This document shows, piece by piece, positions 28,118 through 38,710 of a DNA stretch of 64,000 bases. The notes under the pieces were generated by a model. The model did not search any database. It was not told the DNA's origin and saw only the letters and a list, made by a program, of their open reading frames with translations. Where the stretch lies: the NCBI GenBank assembly GCA_037308085.1, contig CP147779.1, forward strand, positions 1,056,001-1,120,000, in the 5' to 3' direction. The first letter of the stretch is position 1; the number at the start of each line of letters is the position of its first letter. A program made the position numbers and the translations under genes. The DNA is from Promethearchaeati archaeon SRVP18_Atabeyarchaeia-1 (GTDB lineage Archaea > Asgardarchaeota > Atabeyarchaeia > Atabeyarchaeales > Atabeyarchaeaceae).

Positions 28118-29197
28118 ATGACAAAAGAGATACGAGTTGCCATAGTCGGCCTCGGAAACTGCGCATCTACGCTAGTCCAAGGGCTAACCTACTATAGAAA
28201 CGTTGAGAGCCGCGACATCGTACCAGGCTTGATGCATACAGAGCTGGGTGGCTACAAGATAAGGGACATCAAGGTCGTCGCAGCTTTTGATGTGAACAAG
28301 CTGAAGATAGGTCGCGACATAGGCGAGGCGATATTCGCCCATCCAAACGTTGCTGAGAAGTTTGCCGATGTGAAGAAGATGGGTGTGGAAGTTTCTCCAG
28401 GTCCGATTATGGATGGAGTCGCGCCTCATATGTTTGAATCATTCCATGTATATGGCAACGGGGTTCAGCCAGTCGAGCCAGTCAAGGTGCTGCAGGACTC
28501 GGGTGCCGAGATTCTCATCAACTACCTCCCTGTGGGAAGCCGAGAAGCGGCAAGATTCTATGCGCAGGCCTGCCTCGATGCAGGATGCGCCATGATAAAC
28601 TGTATCCCGGAGTTTATAGCTTCAGACCACGAATGGTCAAACAGATTCCTGGAGAAGAAGCTGCCTATTGCTGGGGATGACGTCAAGAGTCAGCTAGGTG
28701 CCACGATTCTTCACAGGGCGATAGTGAACTTGATGCTGGAGCGCGGGGTCAAGATAGAGGAGACGTACCAGCTGAACGTCGGCGGTGATACGGATTTCGA
28801 GAACATGCTCGACGAGAACCGGCTCGCGTCCAAAAGGATCAGCAAGACGCAGGCTGTTACGAGCCTCTCCAACTATGAATTCCCAACGAGGATCGGACCC
28901 TCAGACTGGGTAAGCTTCCTCAAAGACCAGAAGATCTGCTACATTTTCGTCAAGGGACGGAAATTCGGCGATCGACCAATAACAATAGACGTGAAGCTCT
29001 CGGTTGAAGACTCACCGAACAGTGGAGGCGTCGTCATAGACGTTATCAGAGGAACTAAGCTCGCTCTAGAAAGGAAGATAGGTGGAGCACTTGAGGGCAT
29101 TTCTTCCTATGCTTTCAAGCACCCGCCAGTAAATGTCACAGATGAAATCGCCAGAAAGTGGGCCCAAGACTTCATTGATGGTAAGAAGGAGCGATAG
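28118..29197 (+). CDS. ino1: myo-inositol-1-phosphate synthase
   Basis: GLGNCAS, NYLPVGS, GDDVKSQLGAT, YQLNVGG, EDSPNS, FKHPP; GAGGAGG SD before ATG 28118. Confidence 0.96.
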   Translation: MTKEIRVAIVGLGNCASTLVQGLTYYRNVESRDIVPGLMHTELGGYKIRDIKVVAAFDVNKLKIGRDIGEAIFAHPNVAEKFADVKKMGVEVSPGPIMDGVAPHMFESFHVYGNGVQPVEPVKVLQDSGAEILINYLPVGSREAARFYAQACLDAGCAMINCIPEFIASDHEWSNRFLEKKLPIAGDDVKSQLGATILHRAIVNLMLERGVKIEETYQLNVGGDTDFENMLDENRLASKRISKTQAVTSLSNYEFPTRIGPSDWVSFLKDQKICYIFVKGRKFGDRPITIDVKLSVEDSPNSGGVVIDVIRGTKLALERKIGGALEGISSYAFKHPPVNVTDEIARKWAQDFIDGKKER

Positions 29198-29375
29198 CCT
29201 GCTGTGGCTACCGTTGATCGAGTGTGGAACCGCATCCCACTTCACGCCGATGAACTGGAGTTCCAAGTTGCCCTATCTTTTTAAGGGTGATTTGCATAAA
29301 TCTATTAGGGATCTGGATAATCGCGAGACGCCTTCATAAAACTGGAGCAAGTCCTTAGAGACCAAATTCTGAAAT

Positions 29376-30206
29376 ATGAGTGAGGGATGTAAGTTGAGTA
29401 TAAGGAAATCGAAAGAAGAAACTATTCTAGGTTCCACATGGTACCTCGTGCCCTTGTTGCTAGCTGCATACGTGTTCACTATTTATCTGATTCAGCCTTT
29501 AGCTGCGGAGAATATGGGCTCCTACGTCGTAAGTCTGACCAATGTTGCATTTACGGCTCTCGGCGCGGTGATGTTTCTAGTCGTTGCGAAGCGCTTCGGT
29601 TGGCTGCGTGTCAAACCTGGTCAGATTACGATCGCTATGTCACTGGGGCTCGTTTTCTGGACCTTGGCAGAGTTCACATTCATGGATTATGAGATAATTG
29701 GTGAGTCACCGTTTCCGTCGCTTGCTGATGTCTTCTATGTGGCAGGGTACCTGATGTTTCTGATTGCGCTGTTCATGAACATCCGAACCATCAAGATGAA
29801 ATTCAGCTCAGCGATGCTCGCAGTATGGGTCGCCCTGTCTGCTACAGCATTAGTGCTTATAGCATACTTCGCGGTCCTCCCAATAATCCAGGCGGGGATT
29901 GATGTAACCACTGCCGTTGCACTAATGTATCCTATCCTGGATCTCTTGATCGTCGTTCTTGTGTTGGTGATACTGCTAAAGTTCCGTTCTGGCGAGGTTG
30001 CGAAGCCTTGGGGGTTTCTGATACTTGGCTTCATTCTGCAGGCGGTTGGTGACACCTTCTTTGAATATGCCCAATACACCGGCACGTACACAATGGCCTA
30101 TCATCCGGCAGATATGATTCTGAGTTTGGGATACTCCATGATTCTCGCGGGTGCCGTCTTCTTCATACGGGCGTACAGGTTGCCTGGAGGAGGAAGCAGT
30201 GCTTAA
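29376..30206 (+). CDS. ~8-TM membrane sensor-like protein
   Basis: W..AE, PFPSLADVFY..GY, YP.LD, W..L..G....GD and D....GY motifs resembling N-terminal membrane sensor regions of bacterial signalling proteins; no output domain. Confidence 0.75.
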   Translation: MSEGCKLSIRKSKEETILGSTWYLVPLLLAAYVFTIYLIQPLAAENMGSYVVSLTNVAFTALGAVMFLVVAKRFGWLRVKPGQITIAMSLGLVFWTLAEFTFMDYEIIGESPFPSLADVFYVAGYLMFLIALFMNIRTIKMKFSSAMLAVWVALSATALVLIAYFAVLPIIQAGIDVTTAVALMYPILDLLIVVLVLVILLKFRSGEVAKPWGFLILGFILQAVGDTFFEYAQYTGTYTMAYHPADMILSLGYSMILAGAVFFIRAYRLPGGGSSA

Positions 30207-30909
30207 GGGATTGCTAGTCATCCACGAAAGTGGAACCCCCATCTACACTTTTTCTCAGGAGAAGATAAGCGAGGATCGCCAACTACTGCTCTCAGGATTC
30301 CTGTCCGCGATCGAAACTTTCGCTAGTGAGACAAACATCTCGCCAGACGGCGGCTCGATTCACTCGATAAGACTCTCTCAGAGCCTTCTAACTTTTAGGC
30401 TGCTTTGCCTTGAAAATGAGAAGCAGGAGACTATCAAGTACTTCTTTGTGCTGATAACAGACATAAACAAGAACCCTAATAAGGCTGAGAACGAGGAGCT
30501 CCTCGAATACGTGATACTGAATTTCCTGAGCTACAAGAACTCCGCTTTTCGACAGAAGATGCGGCAGTTCGGCTATCAGAGAGAAGAGTTTGGGGAATTC
30601 GACGACTTCATGAACAAGATAATCGACTTGGACTGGAAGACAATAAAGAAAAAGATCAAGCCCGTACCGGGATCGCTACTTCAAGGAGTCCTCAATGAGG
30701 TAAGGGAATACATACCCTTGGACCAGATCCTGCAACTGAATCCCAAGATAGTTCGCTTAGGCACATCTTACGCTTGGCTCTCGGACGACCTTCCTGTGGA
30801 AGAGGAGAAAGCACTACTCGACAAAATAAGGGACAGGCTCTCACGGCTTTTTGGACCCAACATGTTCGACTCGATTGTTGCCAACGTCACCAAACAGTTG
30901 CAAGGATAA
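30199..30909 (+). CDS. Longin-like domain protein
   Basis: LLVIHESGTPIY...LLSGFLSAIETFASE...IHSI signature; GTG 30199 behind GGAGGAGG overlaps the upstream stop. Confidence 0.75.
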   Translation: MLKGLLVIHESGTPIYTFSQEKISEDRQLLLSGFLSAIETFASETNISPDGGSIHSIRLSQSLLTFRLLCLENEKQETIKYFFVLITDINKNPNKAENEELLEYVILNFLSYKNSAFRQKMRQFGYQREEFGEFDDFMNKIIDLDWKTIKKKIKPVPGSLLQGVLNEVREYIPLDQILQLNPKIVRLGTSYAWLSDDLPVEEEKALLDKIRDRLSRLFGPNMFDSIVANVTKQLQG

Positions 30910-31033
30910 AGAAAAAGAGGCTAGGATCCTCGATTCAACGTTTTTTCATTAGGTAGGATCCAGCTTGGTGCTGAGCGGTTTCAGAGTCTTGCTTGCTTCC
31001 AGTTGGAAGCCGACGACTAGTATGCTCTAATGC

Positions 31034-31387
31034 CTAGACGATCGGCGGAAGAGTCTCGAATCCCAGCGCAAAGAGTATCAGTACTATCAGTTCGCACAGG
31101 AAGGATATCATTATGGACTTGTCCCAAGCGATATCTATGAGCACGTGGACGAGTAGTATTATCACGGTGTAGCCGATTATTGACCCCAGTCCACCAAGAC
31201 CGAACTGGCCGGGGATCGACTGAAGTGGCGGGATTATTAGCACGGCTATGATGGCAATGAGAAGGATCACGACTAGCTTCTTACTACTCTTTTGCGCTCC
31301 AGCAATTAGTCTAGTGCAGAGCCAAAGGACGACGAAGAGTACTAGTATCTCCACCAGAAGCACAATATACCATGGTAAAGCAGCCAT
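31034..31387 (-). CDS. Hypothetical 4-TM membrane protein
   Basis: 117-aa hydrophobic ORF with a GGTGAG SD. Confidence 0.75.
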   Translation of the reverse strand: MAALPWYIVLLVEILVLFVVLWLCTRLIAGAQKSSKKLVVILLIAIIAVLIIPPLQSIPGQFGLGGLGSIIGYTVIILLVHVLIDIAWDKSIMISFLCELIVLILFALGFETLPPIV

Positions 31388-31553
31388 TCTCTATTCTCAC
31401 CATTGTCTTGACTAGTTTCTGATTTTAGACTACTGGCTGTTAATCATATGATAAGCTTTGTGCTTGAGAATCGTATCGGCAATGGATTGGCCTCATAGTC
31501 TACGCCTGCGTGAGTTGCGTATTGGATATTTCTTGGCCCAGTCGTTCGCATTC

Positions 31554-32456
31554 CTAGAAGGTTACAATGTCTGAGACTAGGGAGTTGACGTCTAGTATTT
31601 CCTTAGATAGGTCTGTGTCGATGTATGCCCTCTTCCAATCGGGTCTTCCATACCTCGCTGAGAAGACTGTCAAGACCTTATTGGAGACTGCTCTGAAGCC
31701 CGATCCGTCGAAGTATTCGTGCGCCCTGACTAGTATCTTTGCGCCTATGCCCTTTAGGAATAAGTCAACAACATCTTCCCCGAAGTACTTGATCGTAGTA
31801 ACCCCTAGGGGATCCCTTCCATAATTCTGATCGAATCCCTTTATCTCAGGTCGCGGGTCATTCCACAGAAGTTGCTGAAGTTCGCTTCCAGCTAAGTGCG
31901 CGATTTGCGTGAGAGTCGAAACCTTCTCAGGTATGCCACCATGGACAGCGAAAATCCCGTTCTCAGTTACGACAGCATGCGGTAACTTTTCGAAGAGCCT
32001 GTTGCACATATCGTATATCTTATCACCGTTCTCAGGGTACTTGTGCGGTACTTCATCCATGAATCCATAGCGGGAGTTGACGTCGGGTGATTCATGGTTT
32101 CCCCTGAGGAGTATCACATTGTCCCTGAATTTTATCTTCAAAGCAAAAAGTGTCGTCAGAACCTCGATGGATGATGGCCCTCTGTCAACAAGATCGCCCA
32201 GGAAGACAATGTAACATTTCTTCTGTGAACCTGTGTTGCTCCCGACAAAATGGGTGCGGGTGAGTATTTCATTCAAACTGTCAAGTTCCCCATGTATATC
32301 CCCGACGAAAACCAGTCTTCCATGGCTTGGGAGTCTTATCAACTTGCCGTTAACAATGACCCCGTCGCTCAGTCTGCCCTGTTTTCTCTCCCCCGTGATG
32401 ATCCGCGTAACTTTGAGTACCACCTCTTCAAACTCATGATCCGTGAGCATCGGCAT
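31554..32456 (-). CDS. PPP-family Ser/Thr protein phosphatase
   Basis: GDIHG, GDLVDRG, RGNHE, HGG, LLWNDP, RAHE, TVFSA. Confidence 0.94.
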   Translation of the reverse strand: MPMLTDHEFEEVVLKVTRIITGERKQGRLSDGVIVNGKLIRLPSHGRLVFVGDIHGELDSLNEILTRTHFVGSNTGSQKKCYIVFLGDLVDRGPSSIEVLTTLFALKIKFRDNVILLRGNHESPDVNSRYGFMDEVPHKYPENGDKIYDMCNRLFEKLPHAVVTENGIFAVHGGIPEKVSTLTQIAHLAGSELQQLLWNDPRPEIKGFDQNYGRDPLGVTTIKYFGEDVVDLFLKGIGAKILVRAHEYFDGSGFRAVSNKVLTVFSARYGRPDWKRAYIDTDLSKEILDVNSLVSDIVTF

Positions 32457-32514
32457 TTAGAGAGCCGCCTCCTGAGAATGTAAGTTGACTAAGCATCTGA
32501 AGGGCTAGGGAGTC

Positions 32515-33357
32515 TCAAAGGCAGAATTCACAGATTCCCTGGCTGGTAACGCAATGGTTGCAGCCTTTCTTACCGCACTTCTTGCAGGTTACCGTCTTCG
32601 CGCAGTTCCTGCAGTACACTTCCTCCTCAACCTCGCAGAAAACAGCGTCTTCCATACATACTTCTTTCCCGCAAACCTTGCAGCCAAAGACGTCTGAAAC
32701 CCGATTACATATCTCGCATCTCGCTCTGCCAGGTGCTGGGTTCTCCTTAGCAAAGGATGACAACGACATAAGCTTCGCTGTTCCATTGACAAGTAGTCCG
32801 ACAGCCTTGACTTTCCCATCTGCATTGAAGTTCGTCTTCATTTCATAGTCCTGGTTCTCATGCTTGACCGTCTGAAGGAGCTGTAATTCGCTGACGCCCA
32901 AGTTGGGTTCAAGCTTGGGCGAAAGTAATGAAGTTGAGAAAAGGAACCACCTGCTTTTAGATCTCCAAGCTAGCAAGAGGTCATCTAGGTTAAGCGCTTC
33001 CACAAGCCATGCTTCCCTCTCAACCCTGCCCTGAGAGATTAGCAGTGGGTCATGTCTACTTTTGCACTCGACTCCCCACCGCTTGTTTCCTGAAAGAAGA
33101 AGATAATCAAACACGTCTCCGCGATCAATTACCTGTGTTTTGGCTAAATAGGGAGAGAGCTTCAGACACAGGAAACCCTGTTCATGCATCACTTTGGCGA
33201 ACTCTGACTCCCACTCGAAACCTACTAGGAAAGCCTTCGTGAACATAGTGAGGTCGTCCAAGTCCAGGACAATATTGGTGTCCTTGAAGTAGCGGACCAA
33301 CCGATAAAGCAAGTCAAGGAATAGGTACTCTTCGTCTCTGGGAATTCTGAAAACCAC
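32515..33357 (-). CDS. Hjc-like PD-(D/E)xK nuclease with C-terminal multi-Cys zinc-finger region
   Basis: GFEWESE...GF...DYL...VECKS; tail with CEIC, CKVC, CRNC, CKKC, CNHC and CEFC. Confidence 0.65.
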   Translation of the reverse strand: MVFRIPRDEEYLFLDLLYRLVRYFKDTNIVLDLDDLTMFTKAFLVGFEWESEFAKVMHEQGFLCLKLSPYLAKTQVIDRGDVFDYLLLSGNKRWGVECKSRHDPLLISQGRVEREAWLVEALNLDDLLLAWRSKSRWFLFSTSLLSPKLEPNLGVSELQLLQTVKHENQDYEMKTNFNADGKVKAVGLLVNGTAKLMSLSSFAKENPAPGRARCEICNRVSDVFGCKVCGKEVCMEDAVFCEVEEEVYCRNCAKTVTCKKCGKKGCNHCVTSQGICEFCL

Positions 33358-33603
33358 GCTATCAGTCCCCGCATCGCAACGAGATGGTTAATTCTCACCC
33401 TATTAGAAGAGGTAACAAGTTTTAAAATTAGCGTTCTTGCATCTCAAGAACCGCAAAGATATACCGTTCAATGGACAGAGTGAGATCCCCTAACGCTAGT
33501 TCCGTCCTAAGCGATGCTCACGTGGCGGGAAACAGACTTATTAGTTCCAAGGTGAGACTTAATCTCACTAATTCAGATCGCTTTCTAGAAAGGTAGATGG
33601 ATC

Positions 33604-36600
33604 TTGGCTGAAAAACCAGCGTTGATTCAACTGGTGAAGGCAAGCGCTGGTCTAGGTGACCAGGCAGCGCTCGCTTACAAGTATATTCTCATTGTCGGTT
33701 CGTTGACCATAGGTGAGGTCTGCGAGTACACTGGCTACAGCTATGAAGTTGCCTCAAAGGCCCTAGACGAACTCTCGGACAAGAAGCTGGTTAGAAAACT
33801 GACGCAGGTAGTCGACCGATATGTTGCAGTTGCGCCTTACAGAGCATTCGCTGAGCTTCTTGTAGAGTTTCAGAGGGCAATGAAGGAGCTTGAAGAGAAC
33901 GCCACGAAGTCGGTAGATCTAGCGCTTGACAATGTGTCGAAAACCAACGAGCAGTGGAAAGCAAGTGCAATTAAACTAAGAGAAGAGCAAGTCAGTCGAG
34001 CGAAGCAGTCCATACGGTCGCTAAAGGAGGAAGCGACCAGTGCTCGCCAGAGCTTGGTTGAGAAACTGAGACGCGACACTGAGGCGAAGAAGTCAAGCCT
34101 GGTCGACATGCTGAAGAAGCATGTTGATGAACATTCAGCAAGAATCTCAGATGTCGAGAAAGACATCACTCTCAAGGTCGACAACTCAGTGATAAAGTTC
34201 GCGGAAACATCTTCAAAGCTCAAGGAGCAGGTCTCCCAGACAACCACAAGCTATCTCGGTGAATTCGATCGGAAACTGGGCTCCTTTCTCGGGGGAGTAG
34301 ATGCTAGTCTCAGTTCATTCTGGTCAGAGTTCTCCTCCTATGTTGAAGGCTTCCAGGGGCAGACTTCTGCGTTCATCGACGACTCCACCAAAAGGATAAG
34401 AGAACTTGGCGACGCCGTCAAGACCAAGACCAAAGATCTTATCCATGAAGTTGAGCAGGGGTACGCTCAACTTTCAACCCGCCTTCAGGGAACCGTATCG
34501 GGCAATGTCAACTCCACAATAGAGGAAATCTCCGGTACCAATAGGAATCTTGAACTAAACCTCACTGAAGCAACAAGGATATTCGGCGAAAAGCTCAACA
34601 ACGCTATAACCGATTTTCAGGAGAAAACGCGGGAAACCATAGAAGGATGGGGATCTGCTGCCAAGGAAGAGATGCAGAGTAGAGCCGACTCCCTTAAGGA
34701 TGAAATCAAAAACCACACGGACAATCTGACTCAGAAATTCGAGTTAGCCAAGAATCTGCTCTCAGAACTCATGAAATCTCATTATTCAAGTGCAGAATCT
34801 GCTTCAAACGATCTCAGATCAAACCTAGACCTGCTTACCGAATCACTTAAGAGTGATCTGGTCTCCGAAACTGGTTCCTCAAGTGGCGAACTCAAAGAAT
34901 CTTGCGAGGCAACAGCCAAAGAATGCAGCTCGCTGGTTGCCACCTTGGAGAACTTGTCAAAGAAGAACATACCACTCGCCTCTACGACGATAAAAGGTTT
35001 CACTTCTGACGTGAACAACAAGTTATCAAAGATGACGACGAGTCTCTTAACCAGCGCCAAATCCTTCGCTTCCGAAATAAAGGAGAAGATGGTTGAGGCA
35101 ATGGAGGTATTCTTAACAGCTCTGCCTCGGGGAGCTCCCGCGGAATCCGGCAAGAAAGGGGATGAGGTGCCGATCAGAGGGAGCGCTGTGAAGAAAGATG
35201 TGGGCAAGAAAATAGACGAAGCTGTGAGCGACTACGTTGACGGGATAAAGAACAACATCGACAGCTTAGACAAATATGCTTCTGATAGAATATCCGCGGT
35301 CATGGGATTCGAGAGGGAGTTGGAGAAGAAGTGGGTTTCCATCAGAGACACATTGGGGAAGGTCACCGAGCTGGCGCAGGAAATAGGGTCCTTCCCACAG
35401 GGAACCAGCAAGATCATGAGCGATCTGATTGACCAATACGTCAGGAAGGCAGACAGCACTCTGATCTCAACAAAGAGACTGTTGAACACTCACTCGACCA
35501 CACTTGGGGATGCTATGAGCAACACGACAAAGAAGTGGAACAGCATAACAGAAAAGGCCAAGAAAGAGATGACTGACCTGTCCAGCAAGAGGGGAGAAGA
35601 GCTAATCCAGATTCTCTCAAAGCAGATCAGCACTATTGACAAGTTCACTTCTGAGCGAACCAAAGCGCTCGCAGGCTTGGTTGCACAGAAGACGGAGGCA
35701 ATGAGATCAGAGAGTATTGCATCGCAAGAAAGCACATCAAGACACATAGGGACAAACCTGGAAAGCGTCAGAGGAGCACTCGCTGATGCCGAAGGCCAGC
35801 TAGATAGCGCGCTACAGGCTAATCTTGAAGCATTCAAGACGGAAACGGACATGAGATCCAAGGAGACCGACAAGCTATTGGAGGATTGGGACAGAAGCAC
35901 TGGTGAAGCGACGGCAACCCTGAAAGTGCAGCTCGCCACGTTGGTTGATGGAGGAAAGCAACAAGCAAAGCACGTCTGCGAAAGCGCAAGTTCGCAGCTA
36001 AGGGAAACCTTTTCTGAGCAGGGCAAGGCACTCCATGAGATTGTGACATCAGCCTCAAGTTCATTCGGCGAGATCACTGACATAGCAAGCAAGAGCTTCA
36101 GGGAAGAAGGTGAATCGATCAAAGAAGGAACAACAGCAGTTCTATCAAGGCACCTAGCGGATTATACTGAATCGGTGAATAAGGCCATTGCCGAGATAGA
36201 CACGGCATTTGCAGAGCACTTCGAAGACTGCAGCAGGCTAACAGAGAACCTTGGCCAGAAGCTGGACGAACTGCTGACCACACACCAAGACGCGTACGAG
36301 AGATCCTCAACACTGATGGTTGAAGGACTAGTAAGCTGTCTAGACCAAGACGAGGCCGCAATCGATAACATATCAAGAAGGATGTTGAAGGAATTCACTG
36401 AAGACACCACGAAAACAACCAAGGTAGCCGGCTCAGTCGAGAACCTAATGAGAACAGCCTGGGCGGAAATAATTGACACACAACAGATAAATGCTGACAA
36501 GACCTGGCACTGCGTGACAAAGCAGGCAATACTTCACCACATAAAGGATATGGCGAAGAGAACCAAGTCAACCGTAACAATAGTCGTGCCCAAACTAGAA

Positions 36601-36927
36601 GAAGCCCCACTGAAAGAGGTCAAGGAAATAAGTAAGGCAATAAGAATTAACATAATTGCGGGTATAGACGAACTTCAACAAAAGACACTGATCAAAGAGC
36701 TCTTAGCGCAAGGCAACGTGAGACTCTGGAATCGAACTGAAAAAGATTACATGAGTTGCACCAGAGACGCTGAGGAAGTAATCATTGCACCCGTTGTAGG
36801 GAAAGATATGGACTGCGTTGCATTGGTAAGTGTGGAAGAAGGATTCATCAAGCTAATTATGAAGATCGTTGGTCCCATGTGGTTGGCTTCTTCAAAAATG
36901 GTGAGTCTTGCTTCGTTGAAGCCGTAG
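33604..36927 (+). CDS. TrmB-like wHTH + long helical rod + TrmB effector/PLD-like domain protein
   Basis: N-terminal AY..L..G.LT..E...L..L..K.LV; about 880 aa of amphipathic helical sequence; C-terminal alpha/beta domain with RD.EEVII. Confidence 0.75.
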   Translation: MAEKPALIQLVKASAGLGDQAALAYKYILIVGSLTIGEVCEYTGYSYEVASKALDELSDKKLVRKLTQVVDRYVAVAPYRAFAELLVEFQRAMKELEENATKSVDLALDNVSKTNEQWKASAIKLREEQVSRAKQSIRSLKEEATSARQSLVEKLRRDTEAKKSSLVDMLKKHVDEHSARISDVEKDITLKVDNSVIKFAETSSKLKEQVSQTTTSYLGEFDRKLGSFLGGVDASLSSFWSEFSSYVEGFQGQTSAFIDDSTKRIRELGDAVKTKTKDLIHEVEQGYAQLSTRLQGTVSGNVNSTIEEISGTNRNLELNLTEATRIFGEKLNNAITDFQEKTRETIEGWGSAAKEEMQSRADSLKDEIKNHTDNLTQKFELAKNLLSELMKSHYSSAESASNDLRSNLDLLTESLKSDLVSETGSSSGELKESCEATAKECSSLVATLENLSKKNIPLASTTIKGFTSDVNNKLSKMTTSLLTSAKSFASEIKEKMVEAMEVFLTALPRGAPAESGKKGDEVPIRGSAVKKDVGKKIDEAVSDYVDGIKNNIDSLDKYASDRISAVMGFERELEKKWVSIRDTLGKVTELAQEIGSFPQGTSKIMSDLIDQYVRKADSTLISTKRLLNTHSTTLGDAMSNTTKKWNSITEKAKKEMTDLSSKRGEELIQILSKQISTIDKFTSERTKALAGLVAQKTEAMRSESIASQESTSRHIGTNLESVRGALADAEGQLDSALQANLEAFKTETDMRSKETDKLLEDWDRSTGEATATLKVQLATLVDGGKQQAKHVCESASSQLRETFSEQGKALHEIVTSASSSFGEITDIASKSFREEGESIKEGTTAVLSRHLADYTESVNKAIAEIDTAFAEHFEDCSRLTENLGQKLDELLTTHQDAYERSSTLMVEGLVSCLDQDEAAIDNISRRMLKEFTEDTTKTTKVAGSVENLMRTAWAEIIDTQQINADKTWHCVTKQAILHHIKDMAKRTKSTVTIVVPKLEEAPLKEVKEISKAIRINIIAGIDELQQKTLIKELLAQGNVRLWNRTEKDYMSCTRDAEEVIIAPVVGKDMDCVALVSVEEGFIKLIMKIVGPMWLASSKMVSLASLKP

Positions 36928-37465
36928 AGAAGAAATACCCATTGCTTCGGGTTCTCCACAAGGAAGGTCTCACTGTTGGCGACGCTATCACTTCTTTGGT
37001 GCTATTGCCTTTGTGGTTGTTGGTCGAACCTGCTACCTTCAGATTGGCGGGGAAGGCTGCGAAGAACGGTTGATAACAGATAGGTCGTCCTTTAGTCCTT
37101 CCCATATACAGCACCATTCAAGACAAGGTTGTCCATCTAGGGTCGTCGAAAATCGGTCGGTAATCAATCTATGTGATTCTATCCAATTGTCATTTCATCA
37201 GGTTCGTGTTGCTAAACACTCTCATCAGAAGATGAACATATGAAGAAGGGGTATGGGGGGACAGAATGATCGTCGATACTCTTAGCACATGATTCAATGG
37301 AATTTGATTACTGCTCGTAAGACATGAGCGCTTGGCAGTTCCAGTGCCTGTATAATTGAATAATGTGGAGTTTTATTAGCAGACGATGGAGGAAATACCA
37401 TAGGATTTATCTCTTTGAAGGCAGTAAGAAAAGGAGAGAGGAAAGCCTTGGGGTGAGTCGACGGA

Positions 37466-38680
37466 ATGTCAGACACAGATTATGAATTGGAGTTATTGTC
37501 AAAACTTGTAGCTTTGGACACTGATTCGGATGAGAAAAGGAATTATGAGGAATGTTGTAGAGTCATATCCGGCGAAGCCAGTCGCATCGGACTGGACGCC
37601 CGAATACTCGATGGCAAAGTGGTTCTGAAGGGCGATGAGAGGCCAAGGCCAAATGTCGTCGTGGATCTGAATAAGAACTCGGACACGACGCTCGTGCTTG
37701 TGACCCACTACGACATAGTTCCTCCCGGAGGAGAATGGACTCATGAACCGTTCAAGGTTACCGTAGAAGGCGATAAGGCATACGGAAGGGGCACATCAGA
37801 TGACAAGGGTGCAATAGTCGCGTGCTTCGGGGCGCTTGCTAGGCTCAAAGAAGATGCTTCTGCTGACATCAACGTGAAGCTATTAGTGACTTGCGATGAA
37901 GAAGGCGGTGGAGAGGCCGGCATAGAGTACCTCATGGATAATGTCAAGATCAAGGGAGATGCAGCTCTAGTAATAGACAGTGGGCCTGAATTCGTGAGTT
38001 GTGGAGCCAGTGGGGTCATCTGGGGGAAAGTGAAGGTAAGAGGAAAACAAGGGCACGCTGGATATCCGCATAAAGCAGTAAATGCAATTGATGAAGCAAT
38101 CAAGATCATATCTTCGCTTCAAGAATACAGGAAGAAGCTGAGTTCAAGAAAGTCGAAACTTGCTCCACCACCGGGTAGCCCTGAGAAGAGAATTTGGAGA
38201 CGGTTGTCGGTAACCATGATGCATGCTGGTGAGAAGGAGAACATAATCCCCGGGGAATGCGAAATTCGATTTGATCTGCGTGCATTACCAGATGAGGACA
38301 TAGATGAGCTGAAGAGCGCTACGCGAGACTTCGTGACCAACGAAGCAAGGAGGAAAGGCGTGGACGCGAGCCTCGAGATCATACATGTTCTACCTGGTTA
38401 CTACACTGATCCCGGACACCCTCTGGTAAGGTCGCTGGGAGAGGCAGCCAAGAAAGTCTCGGGTGTGGAGCTGCCTGTATGCGCAGACTTGGGTGGGAAC
38501 GATGGAAGCTTCGTCGCAAAGGTTCAGATTCCAGTTGCATGCTTTGGGCCCCTTAGAGAAGGGACAAACTATCATGGCATTGACGAATTCGTCCATCTCA
38601 AAGATATAACATTTGTTCGCGATGTAATCATTAACATGTGTCAAGATGGCAGAAAGAAACTGAAGCAGCAAGTGGAATAG
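37466..38680 (+). CDS. M20 family metallohydrolase (ArgE/DapE-like), intact active site
   Basis: THYDIVP, YGRGTSDDKG, DEE, GKQGHA, HGIDE. Confidence 0.93.
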   Translation: MSDTDYELELLSKLVALDTDSDEKRNYEECCRVISGEASRIGLDARILDGKVVLKGDERPRPNVVVDLNKNSDTTLVLVTHYDIVPPGGEWTHEPFKVTVEGDKAYGRGTSDDKGAIVACFGALARLKEDASADINVKLLVTCDEEGGGEAGIEYLMDNVKIKGDAALVIDSGPEFVSCGASGVIWGKVKVRGKQGHAGYPHKAVNAIDEAIKIISSLQEYRKKLSSRKSKLAPPPGSPEKRIWRRLSVTMMHAGEKENIIPGECEIRFDLRALPDEDIDELKSATRDFVTNEARRKGVDASLEIIHVLPGYYTDPGHPLVRSLGEAAKKVSGVELPVCADLGGNDGSFVAKVQIPVACFGPLREGTNYHGIDEFVHLKDITFVRDVIINMCQDGRKKLKQQVE

Positions 38681-38710
38681 TTGCACTTTTGACCAGCGAC
38701 TATTCCCTTT

